Shown here piece after piece: positions 11,113 to 20,847 of a DNA stretch of 64,000 bases (positions are counted from its first letter, which is position 1; the number at the start of each line of letters is the position of its first letter). The notes under the pieces were generated by a model. That model did no database searches. It was not told where the DNA came from and worked only from the letters and a program-made list of their open reading frames with translations. The stretch is taken from positions 640,001 to 704,000 of the forward strand of contig CAVVXN010000005.1 of the NCBI GenBank assembly GCA_963752285.1, given 5' to 3'. The DNA is from an uncultured Planctomycetota bacterium (GTDB lineage Bacteria > Planctomycetota > PLA2 > JAEUHO01). The position numbers and the translations under genes were made by a program.

Positions 11113-12144
11113 TCAGACGCTTCGGCCGTGGATCCAGCGGAACGACACGGGTCTCGCGGCGCGAGCGGTCTGAGACGCACCGACCTCGCGGAGCCGCGCC
11201 GGAAGGGCCATCAGCGCGTCGCGCGCGCGCTCGGCCTCTGGCGGGATGTCCCCCAGGGACGCGAGACCGAGCGACGCGGTCAGCTGCTCAAGGTTTGCCG
11301 TGTAGTCGAGCCAGGTGTACACGCCGAGCCGCTGGCCCACGTCCGCGAAGTGCGAGAAGAGGCGGCGATCGTGTCCGTCGGTCATCCGGCGGGCCGGCAT
11401 CGTGATGCCGTGCCCGAGCGTGTCCTCGAGCGCCTCGAGGGCGCCCGCGGGATCCCGGCGGACCACTTCTCGGAGCAGCCCCGCGTAGACACGTTCGTGC
11501 CGCGCCTCGTCGGCCGCGATCGTCCCGCAGATCCGGTGGAGGCGCGACGCCCCCGCGCGACCGACGATCGCGCCGAGCTGGCTCCAGGAGGTCTTCGTCG
11601 CGTGCTCCTGGAACGCGGCGTACGAGAGGCCGCGGTACGGGTCGGTGTCGGCGCGCGTGTCGAAGCCCTCGCGGATCAGGTGCTGGACGGTCTGCTCGAC
11701 GGACCGGACGTCCACGCGACCCGAGAGGAGCAGGTACCCGCGCGAGACGTCGCCGTGCCGCTTCTCTTCCGCGGTCCAGCCTCGGCTCCAGCGCGCCCAT
11801 GCGTGCGTCTCGACCCCCGTGCGGTCCGTCATGCCGTCGAAGCGGTTGAGCGCGGTCTGATACGACGGCAGGGCCTCCTCCGTGACGACGTTCCCCACGA
11901 GCACCACGAGCATGTCGTCGCTGAGGGCGGCCGCCTCGGCGCGAAGGGACTCCACCTCCTCCCGCCAGCCCTCAGCCTGGAGGTCGGGCAGGAAGTCCGA
12001 GGGCTGCCAGCAGGACTCGACGCTGCGGAGCTGGGGAAGCAGGGACTCGACGGTCGGCGCGAGCTCGCGCATCAAGGACAGGCGTTCGGGGGTCACAGGC
12101 GCTCCCTTTGCGGCTGCGGGTACGGGGTCGCCACGGGCAATCAC
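11113..12144 (-). CDS. Soluble acyl-ACP desaturase (ferritin-like di-iron, FA_desaturase_2)
   Basis: WQPSDFLP, TEEALPSY, WTAEEKRHG, FQEHAT and IAADEARHE di-iron ligand motifs. Confidence 0.93.
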   Translation of the reverse strand: MIARGDPVPAAAKGAPVTPERLSLMRELAPTVESLLPQLRSVESCWQPSDFLPDLQAEGWREEVESLRAEAAALSDDMLVVLVGNVVTEEALPSYQTALNRFDGMTDRTGVETHAWARWSRGWTAEEKRHGDVSRGYLLLSGRVDVRSVEQTVQHLIREGFDTRADTDPYRGLSYAAFQEHATKTSWSQLGAIVGRAGASRLHRICGTIAADEARHERVYAGLLREVVRRDPAGALEALEDTLGHGITMPARRMTDGHDRRLFSHFADVGQRLGVYTWLDYTANLEQLTASLGLASLGDIPPEAERARDALMALPARLREVGASQTARAARPVSFRWIHGRSV

Positions 12145-12533
12145 CTGCTGCGACAGGGCACCCGATCGACGGGGTGATCGTAGGGGAACAAGGCATTCCG
12201 GGCTTGCGGAAAGTCCGAACGAGGTCTCTCGAGTGGGGCCCGGTGGAGGGATCGGCAGGCGCCGAGCGGGGACGCGACGACCCTCGTCGATTGCCCGGAG
12301 GCGTCACCCCGCCGACCCGCGCGACCGAGGAATCCGCCTCGCAGGCCCCTCCATTGCGAATCCACGTGGGCGCACGTTCGAGGCGGCCCATGACGCGCAC
12401 GCGGGTCCTACATGCCGAATCGCACATGGCCCCACGGTACGGAGGTACATTGTGCGCGTTGCCGCGTGCTCAACGTGGGTACGAAGCGACATGGCCGAGC
12501 GGGCCGCCCGACGGGCGTCCCAGGAGCCGAAAC

Positions 12534-12803
12534 GTGAAGAACCCGAAGCGAACCAGCCGATCCGCCACCACCGACCCGTCCAATCCGAAGGGGTGGCCGC
12601 TCTGCGTTCGCGTCTACACCTCACGGCCCGGGAAGAAGCGCCTCGTCCGGCTGGCGGCGAAGAAGGGCGAGAAGGGCGGTTACACGGCCGCGCTGAACGC
12701 GTCCGGAGACCGGATCCAGGTGCACGTGGCCAACACCCCCGGCGCCGTCGGCAAGGCGGTCTTCGACCTCGTGAGCGGGGCGCACGGCATCCCCGTTCGC
12801 TAG
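12534..12803 (+). CDS. Small basic hypothetical protein (about 89 aa)
   Basis: AGGAG SD before GTG 12534; the segment VKNPKRTS...VFDLVSGAHGIPVR has coding-like codon bias. Confidence 0.5.
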   Translation: MKNPKRTSRSATTDPSNPKGWPLCVRVYTSRPGKKRLVRLAAKKGEKGGYTAALNASGDRIQVHVANTPGAVGKAVFDLVSGAHGIPVR

Positions 12804-12856
12804 GACGTGGGCTCCGGGTGGTCCCGGCGGCACCGCGACGCTAGCGGTGCGCGCGG

Positions 12857-13822
12857 CTACTTCCAGGTCTTCTCGAGGTTCCAGGTCTCCGTGAAGCCGG
12901 GGATCTTCACGGGAACGTTCGGGCCCGGCTCCGCGTCGCCCTGATCGTGCACCTGCTTCCACGTCAGGTGCAACGGGCGACCCTTGCCGAGGTCGAACGT
13001 CAGGGTTCCCTCGATCGTGGTGGTCGTCGGGGGTTGCTTGAAGAGGGGACCGTCGATTCCCTTGGCGGTGAGTTCGTCGGTGGACGCGTCGCCGACGAAC
13101 ACGACGGTGGCCGTGTGCCCCTTCACCGCCTCGACGTGTCCCTTCACGATCTTCCCGGCCGAGGCCGGGCTCCCTTCACCCAGGGTCTCCAGGAGGAGGG
13201 CGATGCTCTCCCGCGCGTCGCCCTTCGCGCCCGCGGCGCCGACGCAGATCAGGGCCTGGAAGCGCGTCAGGTCCTCGACGGAGATCTCCCACTCCTGCCC
13301 GACCGCGACGGGGTCCCTCGGCAGGAGGAGCTCGACCGGGTCGATCGGCCCGCGCTCGAGCAGCTTCACGGCGAGCTCGGGCGGCTTGCCCTTCTCTACC
13401 TCGACCGCGAGCCCCTCAGCGTTCGGGCGAAGTCGAATCGTCACGCCCTGGAGCGTCGTCGAGCCGGCGTGCGACTTCTGCGCCTTGATCTTCGAGATCG
13501 CGATCGCGCGCTTGACTTCCGTGGCCGCCCCGTCCGCCGCGTCGGCGCAGGTGTCCGTCCACTTCTCCACGAGCTCCACGTCGCCCTTGACGAGGCTCGC
13601 CGCGTGACCCATGCCGCCCGCGAACGTCGTGACGCCCTTGTTCTTGCTCGCAAGGTCGAGCGTCTGCTCGACCTTCCACGTGTCGCCCTTCGCGCGCACG
13701 ACCGCCAACGTGCAGGTGGCTCCGGCGTCTTCCGCCCGCAGCGTCGCCGAAGCGGTCGCCGATGCGCCCACGACGACGAGCCCCGCCCAGATCTGAGTCC
13801 ACCGCCTCGGTCGTCTCATCAT
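12857..13822 (-). CDS. Secreted hypothetical protein (beta-rich)
   Basis: Signal peptide MMRRPRRWTQIWAGLVVVGASATA, GAGGAG SD, motifs LLPRDPVAVGQEW and GTLTFDLGKG. Confidence 0.75.
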   Translation of the reverse strand: MMRRPRRWTQIWAGLVVVGASATASATLRAEDAGATCTLAVVRAKGDTWKVEQTLDLASKNKGVTTFAGGMGHAASLVKGDVELVEKWTDTCADAADGAATEVKRAIAISKIKAQKSHAGSTTLQGVTIRLRPNAEGLAVEVEKGKPPELAVKLLERGPIDPVELLLPRDPVAVGQEWEISVEDLTRFQALICVGAAGAKGDARESIALLLETLGEGSPASAGKIVKGHVEAVKGHTATVVFVGDASTDELTAKGIDGPLFKQPPTTTTIEGTLTFDLGKGRPLHLTWKQVHDQGDAEPGPNVPVKIPGFTETWNLEKTWK

Positions 13823-14222
13823 CGTCGCTCCTCTCGATGCGGCAGCGCACGCGGGTCGCGCGGGATTTGGGGCCGATCCTCCCACGGGGGATGCCAGAGC
13901 GCGGCTCCACGCGGAGGGAAGCCTCCCCACCAGGACCACGGTCGATAGGACCGGAAAAGCGTTCCGGCCCCCCCCGGGGCGCGCCCTGGAAAGGGGCGCG
14001 CGTCCGCCGATCGAGGTCGCGTCGGCCACCTGGCCTCGAAGTGTCGGACGCGAGGGGTGTGCGACCACCGCCGTCGCTGGCGGTTCGCGCGCGCGGAGAG
14101 AGGCACTTCCCTGGGCGTGGTACGCTGTTCGGGCCCGCGACGGACGTACGTCCGGGCTCGCCGGGGACGGGCTCCTCTCGGGGGCTCGACCCGTTCTCCC
14201 CTCCGGGGAGAGAGGACGCACC

Positions 14223-15272
14223 ATCTCGCCCACCGCTCTTCGGGTCGGGTACCTCGGGTGCGGCGCGTACGTGCCGTGTCGAGAGATGTCCAACGCCGAC
14301 CTGGAGCGGTTCGTGGACACGAGCGACGAGTGGATCCGGCGACGGACCGGCGTCCGGTCGCGGCACGTCCTCGACGGCCAGGAGTCGATCCTGGACATGG
14401 CGGTCAAGGCGTCACAGATGGCCCTGGACCGCGCGGGGCTCGCCGCGACCGACATCGACGACATCCGCGTGGCGGTCAACACGTGGCTGCGCATCCCCAG
14501 TCTCGCGACCGCGCTCCAGCAGGCGATCGGGGCGCGACACGCCTCGGCGTCGGACGTGTCCGCGGGATGCGCGGGCTTCGTCTACGCCGTGGAGGAGGGC
14601 TGGCACAAGATCCACGCCGAGCGGAGCATGTACGGCCGGAAGACACGCGCTCTCGTGGTGGGCGTGGACGGGCTGTCGCACATCACCGACTGGACGGACC
14701 GGTCCACGTGCGTGCTCCTCGGGGACGGCGCGGGCGCCGTGGTGCTCGGGGAGGTCGAGGAGGGGGCCATCCTCGCGACGCACACGCACGCCGACGGCCG
14801 ATACGGCCACCTGCTCTTCTCGGAGCCCCCGAACGGGTACGAGGCGCCGTCGGGGGGCGCGCCCTCGATCGGGGCGGGCGGGCCGCAGCAGCTCCTGCGA
14901 ATGGACGGCCGTCGAGTGTTCGTCGCGGCCGTGGAGACGATGGTGTTCGACGCAACGCGCGTGCTCGAGAAGTACCGCCTCGCGTCGGGTCGCACGATCG
15001 GGGTGGGCGACCTCGACTACATCTACCCGCACCAGGCGAACCTGCGGATCATCGAGATGGTCGCGCAGCGCCTCGGCGTGCCCATCGAACGCGTCTACCG
15101 GGACGGGATCGCGCGGTACGGCAACACCTCCGCGGCGTCGATCCCGCTCGGCTACGAGGACGCGCGAGCCCGCGAAGACGACGGCGACGGGCCGTGGCTC
15201 GAGATGGACGTCGCGTTCGGGGCCGGGTTCGCGTCGGGCGCGATCCTCAGGGAACGCGCGGCGGCTCTCTGA
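14223..15272 (+). CDS. fabH: 3-oxoacyl-ACP synthase III (probable ATC start at 14223; first standard start is GTG 14271)
   Basis: NADLERFVDTSDEWIRRRTG, AGCAGF (Cys), GDGAGA, HQAN (His), YGNTSAASIP (Asn), AFGAGF. Confidence 0.93.
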   Translation: MSPTALRVGYLGCGAYVPCREMSNADLERFVDTSDEWIRRRTGVRSRHVLDGQESILDMAVKASQMALDRAGLAATDIDDIRVAVNTWLRIPSLATALQQAIGARHASASDVSAGCAGFVYAVEEGWHKIHAERSMYGRKTRALVVGVDGLSHITDWTDRSTCVLLGDGAGAVVLGEVEEGAILATHTHADGRYGHLLFSEPPNGYEAPSGGAPSIGAGGPQQLLRMDGRRVFVAAVETMVFDATRVLEKYRLASGRTIGVGDLDYIYPHQANLRIIEMVAQRLGVPIERVYRDGIARYGNTSAASIPLGYEDARAREDDGDGPWLEMDVAFGAGFASGAILRERAAAL

Positions 15273-15305
15273 GCCGGCTCGCGAGACGCGAAGGGCCCGC
15301 AAATG

Positions 15306-15338
15306 GAACGGGCCGGGAGCGTGGCTCCCGGCCCGTCC
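15306..15338 (-). terminator. Hairpin between convergent fabH and the RRM gene; probable intrinsic terminator
   Basis: Perfect 13-bp inverted repeat ACGGGCCGGGAGC-gtg-GCTCCCGGCCCGT followed by TCCATTT on the minus strand. Confidence 0.65.
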
Positions 15339-15358
15339 TGTTCACTCGCGGGGCGCTG

Positions 15359-15685
15359 TTACCAGCGGCCGCCGCGGCTCCCGCCGCCGCCGTAGCCGCC
15401 ACGGCCGCCACCGCCGCCGCCACCGCCACGCGACTCCCGGGGCTTGGCGAGGTTCACCTTGAGGTTCCGTCCGCCGAGCGACTGGCCGTCCATGCCCTGC
15501 ACGGCGGCCTGGGCCTCTGCGTCCCCACCCATCTCCACGAACGCGAAGCCACGCGGGCGTCCCGTCTCGCGGTCCATGATCACGTCGATCGACGTCACGG
15601 TTCCGAACGCCGAGAAGGCGTCCCGGATCTCGTCTTCCGACGTCTGGAACGACAGGTTTCCGACATAGAGCTTGTTCTGAGCCAT
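15359..15685 (-). CDS. RRM RNA-binding protein with Gly-rich tail
   Basis: RNP2 KLYVGNL, RNP1 RGFAFVEM, GGGGRGGY tail; AAGGA SD. Confidence 0.95.
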   Translation of the reverse strand: MAQNKLYVGNLSFQTSEDEIRDAFSAFGTVTSIDVIMDRETGRPRGFAFVEMGGDAEAQAAVQGMDGQSLGGRNLKVNLAKPRESRGGGGGGGGRGGYGGGGSRGGRW

Positions 15686-16019
15686 ACTTCCTTTGAATCC
15701 TTGAAATGCCCCTCGCGGCGCGAAATCCGCTCTCGGGGCCAGTACGTGTGCTGACCAAGCCACCAGAGCGAGCGCGGAGCGTGGGGGGGATCGAGATCCT
15801 GCCCAAGGGCCGAGAGCGACCGTAGGCCTGTCCCGTAGGACTCTACGGCCCCCGGAGGGTGCCCCGGCCGAAAAACGGGAGGGACCGCGCCTCCCGCGGG
15901 GGGCGGGAACCGGCGCCGGGGCCGCGCCCCGGGCCCATCTCAAGCGCCCCGGCAGGGTCCGCTCGGGGTCGGCCGGGGCCCCGGTCGGCCCGTCGGGCGT
16001 TCGCGTATCTTCCGGCGCC

Positions 16020-17288
16020 ATGCCCGTCCCCCCGCCCCCGGTCGCGCCCCGCCCGCGACGACGCCGTCGGCCGGGACTCGGGTGCCACCGGGACTTCCTC
16101 CTGTTCTGGGGCGGGGAGACCGTCTCGATGTTCGGCTCTCAGGTGACCCGCCTCGCCCTCCCGCTCACGGCCGTCGGGGTCCTCGGAGCCCGCGAAGAGG
16201 AGATGGGGCTCCTCGGGGCCGCCGCGAACCTGCCCTTCTTCTTCTTCGGCCTGCTGGCCGGCGTGTGGGTGGACCGCGCCCGCCGGCGACCCCTCCTCGT
16301 CGGGGTCAACCTGGCGAGCGCGCTCCTCCTCTTCTCGATCCCCGTGGCTGCGGTCTGGGGTCACCTGGGCATGGTCCAGCTCTACGTGGTGACGTTCGGG
16401 ATGGGCGTCGCGGGCGTCGTGGGCGGGGCGGGGTACCAGGCGTACATCCCGCGGCTCGTCGGGACGCGGCACCTGGTCGACGCGAACAGCCGGCTCGAGC
16501 TCTCGAGTTCCGCGGCGACGGTGGTCGGCCCCGGCCTCGGTGGTGTTCTGGTGCAGGCGCTGACGGCGCCGGTCGCGATCCTCGTGGACGCGGTCTCGTT
16601 CCTCGCGGCCGCGATGGGGCTCGCGGCCATCGGCCGGGCGGAGCCTCCGGTCGAGCCGCATCCCGGGACCTCGATCGCCCGACGCATTCGCGAAGGGCTG
16701 GGCGTCATCTGGAACGACCGCCGTCTTCGGCTCATCATGGCGTGCGGCGCCACGCACAACTTCTTCCTGAACGGCATGCTCTCCGCGATGTACGTGCTGT
16801 ACGCCGTCCGAACGCTCGGGCTGGGCCCCGCGGAGCTCGGTCTCGTCTACGCCGCCTCGGGGCCCGGGGTCATGCTGGGTGCGCTCCTTGCCGGTCGGCT
16901 GCGCCGCCGGTGGGGGCTCGGCCGAACGATCGCCCGCGCCCAGGCGCTGACCGGTCTCTCCCGATTCGTCGTGGCGGGCGCGGTGCTCGTCGCCCCACCG
17001 CTGGTGGTCCCCGTGATGATGACGGCGGAGGGGATGCTCGGGGTCTCGCGTCCGATCTTCAACGTGAACCAGGTGAGCCTGCGGCAGACGATCACCCCCG
17101 ACCGCCTGCTCGGGCGCATGAACGCGAGCATTCGATTCCTCATGTGGGCCGCGACGCCGATCGGCGCCGTGGCCGGCGGCATGATCGCGTCGCGCTTCGG
17201 CCTTCCCGCAGCCGTGCTCGTCGCGGCGACGGGCGGGCTCCTGGCGGCACTCTGGGTCCACCAGCCCGTGATCGCCGAGGTGCGCTAG
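16020..17288 (+). CDS. MFS transporter (MFS_3/DHA3-like)
   Basis: DFLLFWGGETVSMFGSQV, GVWVDRARRR, LRQTITPDRLLGRMNA; about 12 TM helices. Confidence 0.92.
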   Translation: MPVPPPPVAPRPRRRRRPGLGCHRDFLLFWGGETVSMFGSQVTRLALPLTAVGVLGAREEEMGLLGAAANLPFFFFGLLAGVWVDRARRRPLLVGVNLASALLLFSIPVAAVWGHLGMVQLYVVTFGMGVAGVVGGAGYQAYIPRLVGTRHLVDANSRLELSSSAATVVGPGLGGVLVQALTAPVAILVDAVSFLAAAMGLAAIGRAEPPVEPHPGTSIARRIREGLGVIWNDRRLRLIMACGATHNFFLNGMLSAMYVLYAVRTLGLGPAELGLVYAASGPGVMLGALLAGRLRRRWGLGRTIARAQALTGLSRFVVAGAVLVAPPLVVPVMMTAEGMLGVSRPIFNVNQVSLRQTITPDRLLGRMNASIRFLMWAATPIGAVAGGMIASRFGLPAAVLVAATGGLLAALWVHQPVIAEVR

Positions 17289-17422
17289 GAGCCCGGCCGG
17301 GCCCGGGGCCTGGGCGGCGCCGATCGGCGGTCGCCCATCGCCGGCGTCCGGATTCGGGTCGAGTCCGCCATGTACCTCCTGACGGGCCGGTTCGACGACG
17401 CCGCCCGCGAGGAGGAGGACCG

Positions 17423-18139
17423 ATGCGACGTGCGATGCCGAGGGTTGCGTGGAGGTGGGCCGTTTGGGTCGTGGGACTCGGGCTGGCGGGGATCGGAGGG
17501 GCGAGGGGAGCGTGGGCGGAGCCGATCTCCAGCTCGGACCTGTGGGAGGGGGTCACACCGACGAGCTCCACGGGCGGAGCGCTGGCGGGCTCCGACCTCA
17601 GGAACATCTTCGGCGGGAACTACGGCACCGTGGAAGCAGGCGCGGGGCGCGCGATCCTCCAGGACGGCCACGGGGTCGGCTACGTACACGATCTCCAGTG
17701 GACGACGTCCTCGCAGGTCACGCTGGAGGCGTTCTCCCTCCATCTCGCGAACGACGGGAGCCAGAATCGCTCGGTGAGCCGCTTCGTGCTCTACGGGTGG
17801 GATTACGACAGCTCGAGCTTCGACCTGCTGTTCGACATGGGCCTCGGCTACCCGTACGGGTCGACGTCGTTGACGGTGGCCAACACCCGGATCGACGAGG
17901 AGGTGTCCGCCTACAACTTCTTGAATCTCGTGGCCGACGTCGGCCCGATCACGACGGACCGGTTCCTGGCGTACTTCGTGCAGCTGGCCGGCACGGTGGA
18001 CGGAGGCCCCCGAATCATCGAGCTCGACGGCTTCGACCACGCGCTCGTGAACCCCGTGCCGGAACCCGCGACCCTCGCCATGCTCGGGGTGGGGCTGCTG
18101 GCGCTGGCGTCGAGACGGCGATGGGTGCGCGCGGGGTAG
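17423..18139 (+). CDS. PEP-CTERM sorting-domain secreted protein
   Basis: GGAGGAGG SD, signal peptide, C-terminal VPEPATLAMLGVGLLALASRRR. Confidence 0.9.
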   Translation: MRRAMPRVAWRWAVWVVGLGLAGIGGARGAWAEPISSSDLWEGVTPTSSTGGALAGSDLRNIFGGNYGTVEAGAGRAILQDGHGVGYVHDLQWTTSSQVTLEAFSLHLANDGSQNRSVSRFVLYGWDYDSSSFDLLFDMGLGYPYGSTSLTVANTRIDEEVSAYNFLNLVADVGPITTDRFLAYFVQLAGTVDGGPRIIELDGFDHALVNPVPEPATLAMLGVGLLALASRRRWVRAG

Positions 18140-18527
18140 CCGTGCGGCGCGAGGGCCGCCGTGCTTTCTTCCCGTGGCCCCGCGCAGCGCGACGGTTCGG
18201 TGGCGCCGAGGAACGTTCGGAACGGACACGCGGCGTAGGGAAGGACGAGCCCTTGGGTGCGAGGCTGGTCGGAGCACCGGTCATCGGGGAGACGGTGAGC
18301 ACGATTCCGACGCGGTCCCCCACGGCGATCGCGGCCTGCGGGGCGTGCGGTCGCCTCGTTCGTCGCCGGGAGGAGGATCCAATCCACGCCGGACTCGAGC
18401 CCGTCCGTGTTCGGGACGCTCCCCGGGTCGAGGCCCAGTACGCCGGGTTGGATCGCTTGGGACTTCCCTCCAAAGCCGCGTGCGAAGAGCAGGGCCCCGA
18501 CGTGCGCGCCGCGACGTCGCGCGCGGG

Positions 18528-19562
18528 TCAGTCGCGGTTCGCGGGCCGACGGGTGAGTCGCCGCTGGATCGACTGGGCGCGGAAGGCGTGGCGGTGGGCC
18601 GCCGCCTCCCGACCCGTCTTCTGGAGGGCCATCGCCAGCGCGAAGTGGGCGTGGACGAGGCCCCATCCGAACACGCGCGAGCCCGGAGAGCCCGCCGATG
18701 CGCGGCGGGCCTCGGCCACCGCTTCCCGGAGGAGCCCGACCGCCCCGTCCGGGTCGTCGCGCCGCGCTTCCACCTCGCCCGCGTGGCGTAGCGCGCCCGC
18801 GAGCTCGTGGTGGATCTCCGGCGAGGCGCCGTCCCGCTCGAGGACGAGGCGGTAGCGCTCCACGGCGCGCTCCAGGCATACCGCCGCCTCCGCGTGTCGG
18901 TCGAGCGCGGCGAGCAGGTCTCCGAGCGAGGTGTAGCCGGAGGCCAGGAACCGCTGCACCGCGAGGTCCGAGGGGAGCGCCTCGGGGTCCGAGGGGCGCT
19001 CGTCCGCGAGCCCCTCGAGAATCGCGACCAGCTCCATCAGGAGGGGGACGGCCTCCGACGTCCGGCGAAGCTCCCAGTAGGACCACGCGAGGCGCTGCAG
19101 GGAGGCTGCGACGTCGTGCCGGAGGCGCCGGTCCGAGGGTGCCGTCGCGAGCAGCCCGCGCGCGATCCGGAGACTGCGGAGCGCCGGCCCGGCGGCGGCC
19201 TCGTCGCGACCCAGGTCCCGGAGCGTGTCGCCGAGGGCGTCGCAGGCGAGGCTCAGGTCGCGCTGGATCTCCGGGTCGGACGGATGTCGGCGCGCCTCGC
19301 GCTCCGCGATGCGGAACGCCTCCTTCACGAGCGGCAGGGCCTCGCCCGCGCGGTCCATCCGCCGAAGGACCGAGCCGCATCGCAGGAGCGCGTGGACCAC
19401 GTACGGCGCGGCGTCTGCGTCGGGCCGGGCCTGACGGTCCCACGCGCGGAGGGCCTCGAGCATGCGCTGGAAGCACCCGAGCGCCTCCGGAAGGCTGCCG
19501 AGGTCTTGGAGCGCGAGGCCCTCTCGCTCCAACGAGACCGCGCGGGAGAAGGGGTCGTCCAT
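18528..19562 (-). CDS. Tetratricopeptide-repeat protein
   Basis: Repeated TPR-like helices with P.D....DL linkers (PSDPEIQRDLSLACDALGDTL...). Start uncertain. Confidence 0.8.
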   Translation of the reverse strand: MDDPFSRAVSLEREGLALQDLGSLPEALGCFQRMLEALRAWDRQARPDADAAPYVVHALLRCGSVLRRMDRAGEALPLVKEAFRIAEREARRHPSDPEIQRDLSLACDALGDTLRDLGRDEAAAGPALRSLRIARGLLATAPSDRRLRHDVAASLQRLAWSYWELRRTSEAVPLLMELVAILEGLADERPSDPEALPSDLAVQRFLASGYTSLGDLLAALDRHAEAAVCLERAVERYRLVLERDGASPEIHHELAGALRHAGEVEARRDDPDGAVGLLREAVAEARRASAGSPGSRVFGWGLVHAHFALAMALQKTGREAAAHRHAFRAQSIQRRLTRRPANRD

Positions 19563-19955
19563 CGGTCGCACGCGAGCTCCACGCTCGAAGTGATCCTTCG
19601 CTCGACTCCGCAGTCGCACCGGAGCCGGCGCCAGCATACTGTCCGGGAGGCGGCACGGACCCGGCGCGCACCCCGCGCGACGGACTACGCTCTGCGGCCC
19701 GTGCAGTTTGGGCCGGCGGCCCGGGGCCCGGGAGGCGGCGCAAAGCGCGGTGATGTCGTTCGACGGCGTTCGGGTTCGGTCGCCCGGTCGGTGGCTCCGG
19801 TCGCGTACGCTCACCGACCGTCGCGTCGCCGAGGGGCTCCGCGGCGCGCGGGTCGGTGGCGCTTCCCTCCGCGACACGGTCGCGGGCGGGTGCACGCCGA
19901 AGGGGGGCCGGCACGCGATCCCGTCTTCGGGGGCTTCCGCGACGGAGGGCGAGGC

Positions 19956-20261
19956 GTGAGCCGCACGGTCGTCGCCACGATCGGGGTCGGGATGGTGGCG
20001 GGCACCTTGGAGCTCCTCTACCCGCCGTGGGACCTCTTCTTTCCGCCCGGGTCCGCGCGGGCCACGCCGGCCCCGGCGCTCGGGACGGTCGCGATGTTCC
20101 TCGTGACCGGAGCGTTCACCGGCGCGTTCGCGAAGCTCCTGCGAAGCGGGGGCTCGAAGCGACCGGCGGACCTGCTCGTCCTCCTGCCGATGGTCGCGAT
20201 CGCCCTCGGCTTCGTCGTCCTGGCGGGCGTGCTCGTCTTCGTGTGGGTGGGAGCGCCGTAG
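19956..20261 (+). CDS. Small membrane protein (3 TM)
   Basis: GTG after GGAGG/GAGG; three hydrophobic segments. Confidence 0.55.
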   Translation: MSRTVVATIGVGMVAGTLELLYPPWDLFFPPGSARATPAPALGTVAMFLVTGAFTGAFAKLLRSGGSKRPADLLVLLPMVAIALGFVVLAGVLVFVWVGAP

Positions 20262-20847
20262 CAAGACCCAGCCCGGACGACCCACGAAGCCCGCGACGTG
20301 TTCGACGGGCGTGTCGGCTACGGCTCGCCTCGCGACCGCTGGGCGATCCCGCCTTTCCCGACTGATGTCCTTCGTGCGCCAGGGCCCCGACGGCAAGGGG
20401 GGGAGGGGGCGACACCGCGCCCTGGTTCGTGATGGGGGGGCGCCGGCGACGAACGACGCCGTCATCGGGTCCTGGCGCGCGCCGGGCCGCGGGATGCAGG
20501 GAGGTTCATGGGCCCTGCGGGCCGGAGCCCGCAGGGCGCCGCCGGCGCCACGAGCACGAGGCCGGGCACGTCCGATCGCGATCCGGGGGTCTCGCGAAGC
20601 CAAGGCGCGCGAACCCGAGCCCTCCGGGCGGGGCGCACGTGACGAGAAGCGCAACGGTCGCGGCGTCGTCGCGTTCTCCCACCAGCGCATGCGAAGACCC
20701 CGTGCGAGCGGCCCCCCGAGGCCAGGTCGAGCGCGCGCGTGTCCGGGAGGAGGGCCCCTCTCTCGAAGCGGTCGATCGACGCGATGAATCGGGAAGAGCG
20801 GCGCGCCCACCGAGGCGCGCCGGACGCCGGGTGCGCGCTCGCGCCGG

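Noticed and set aside
18140..18527. Possible small gene or ncRNA here and in the 20262-20847 spacer
   Set aside because: No convincing SD, codon bias or RNA motif could be supported from the sequence alone.
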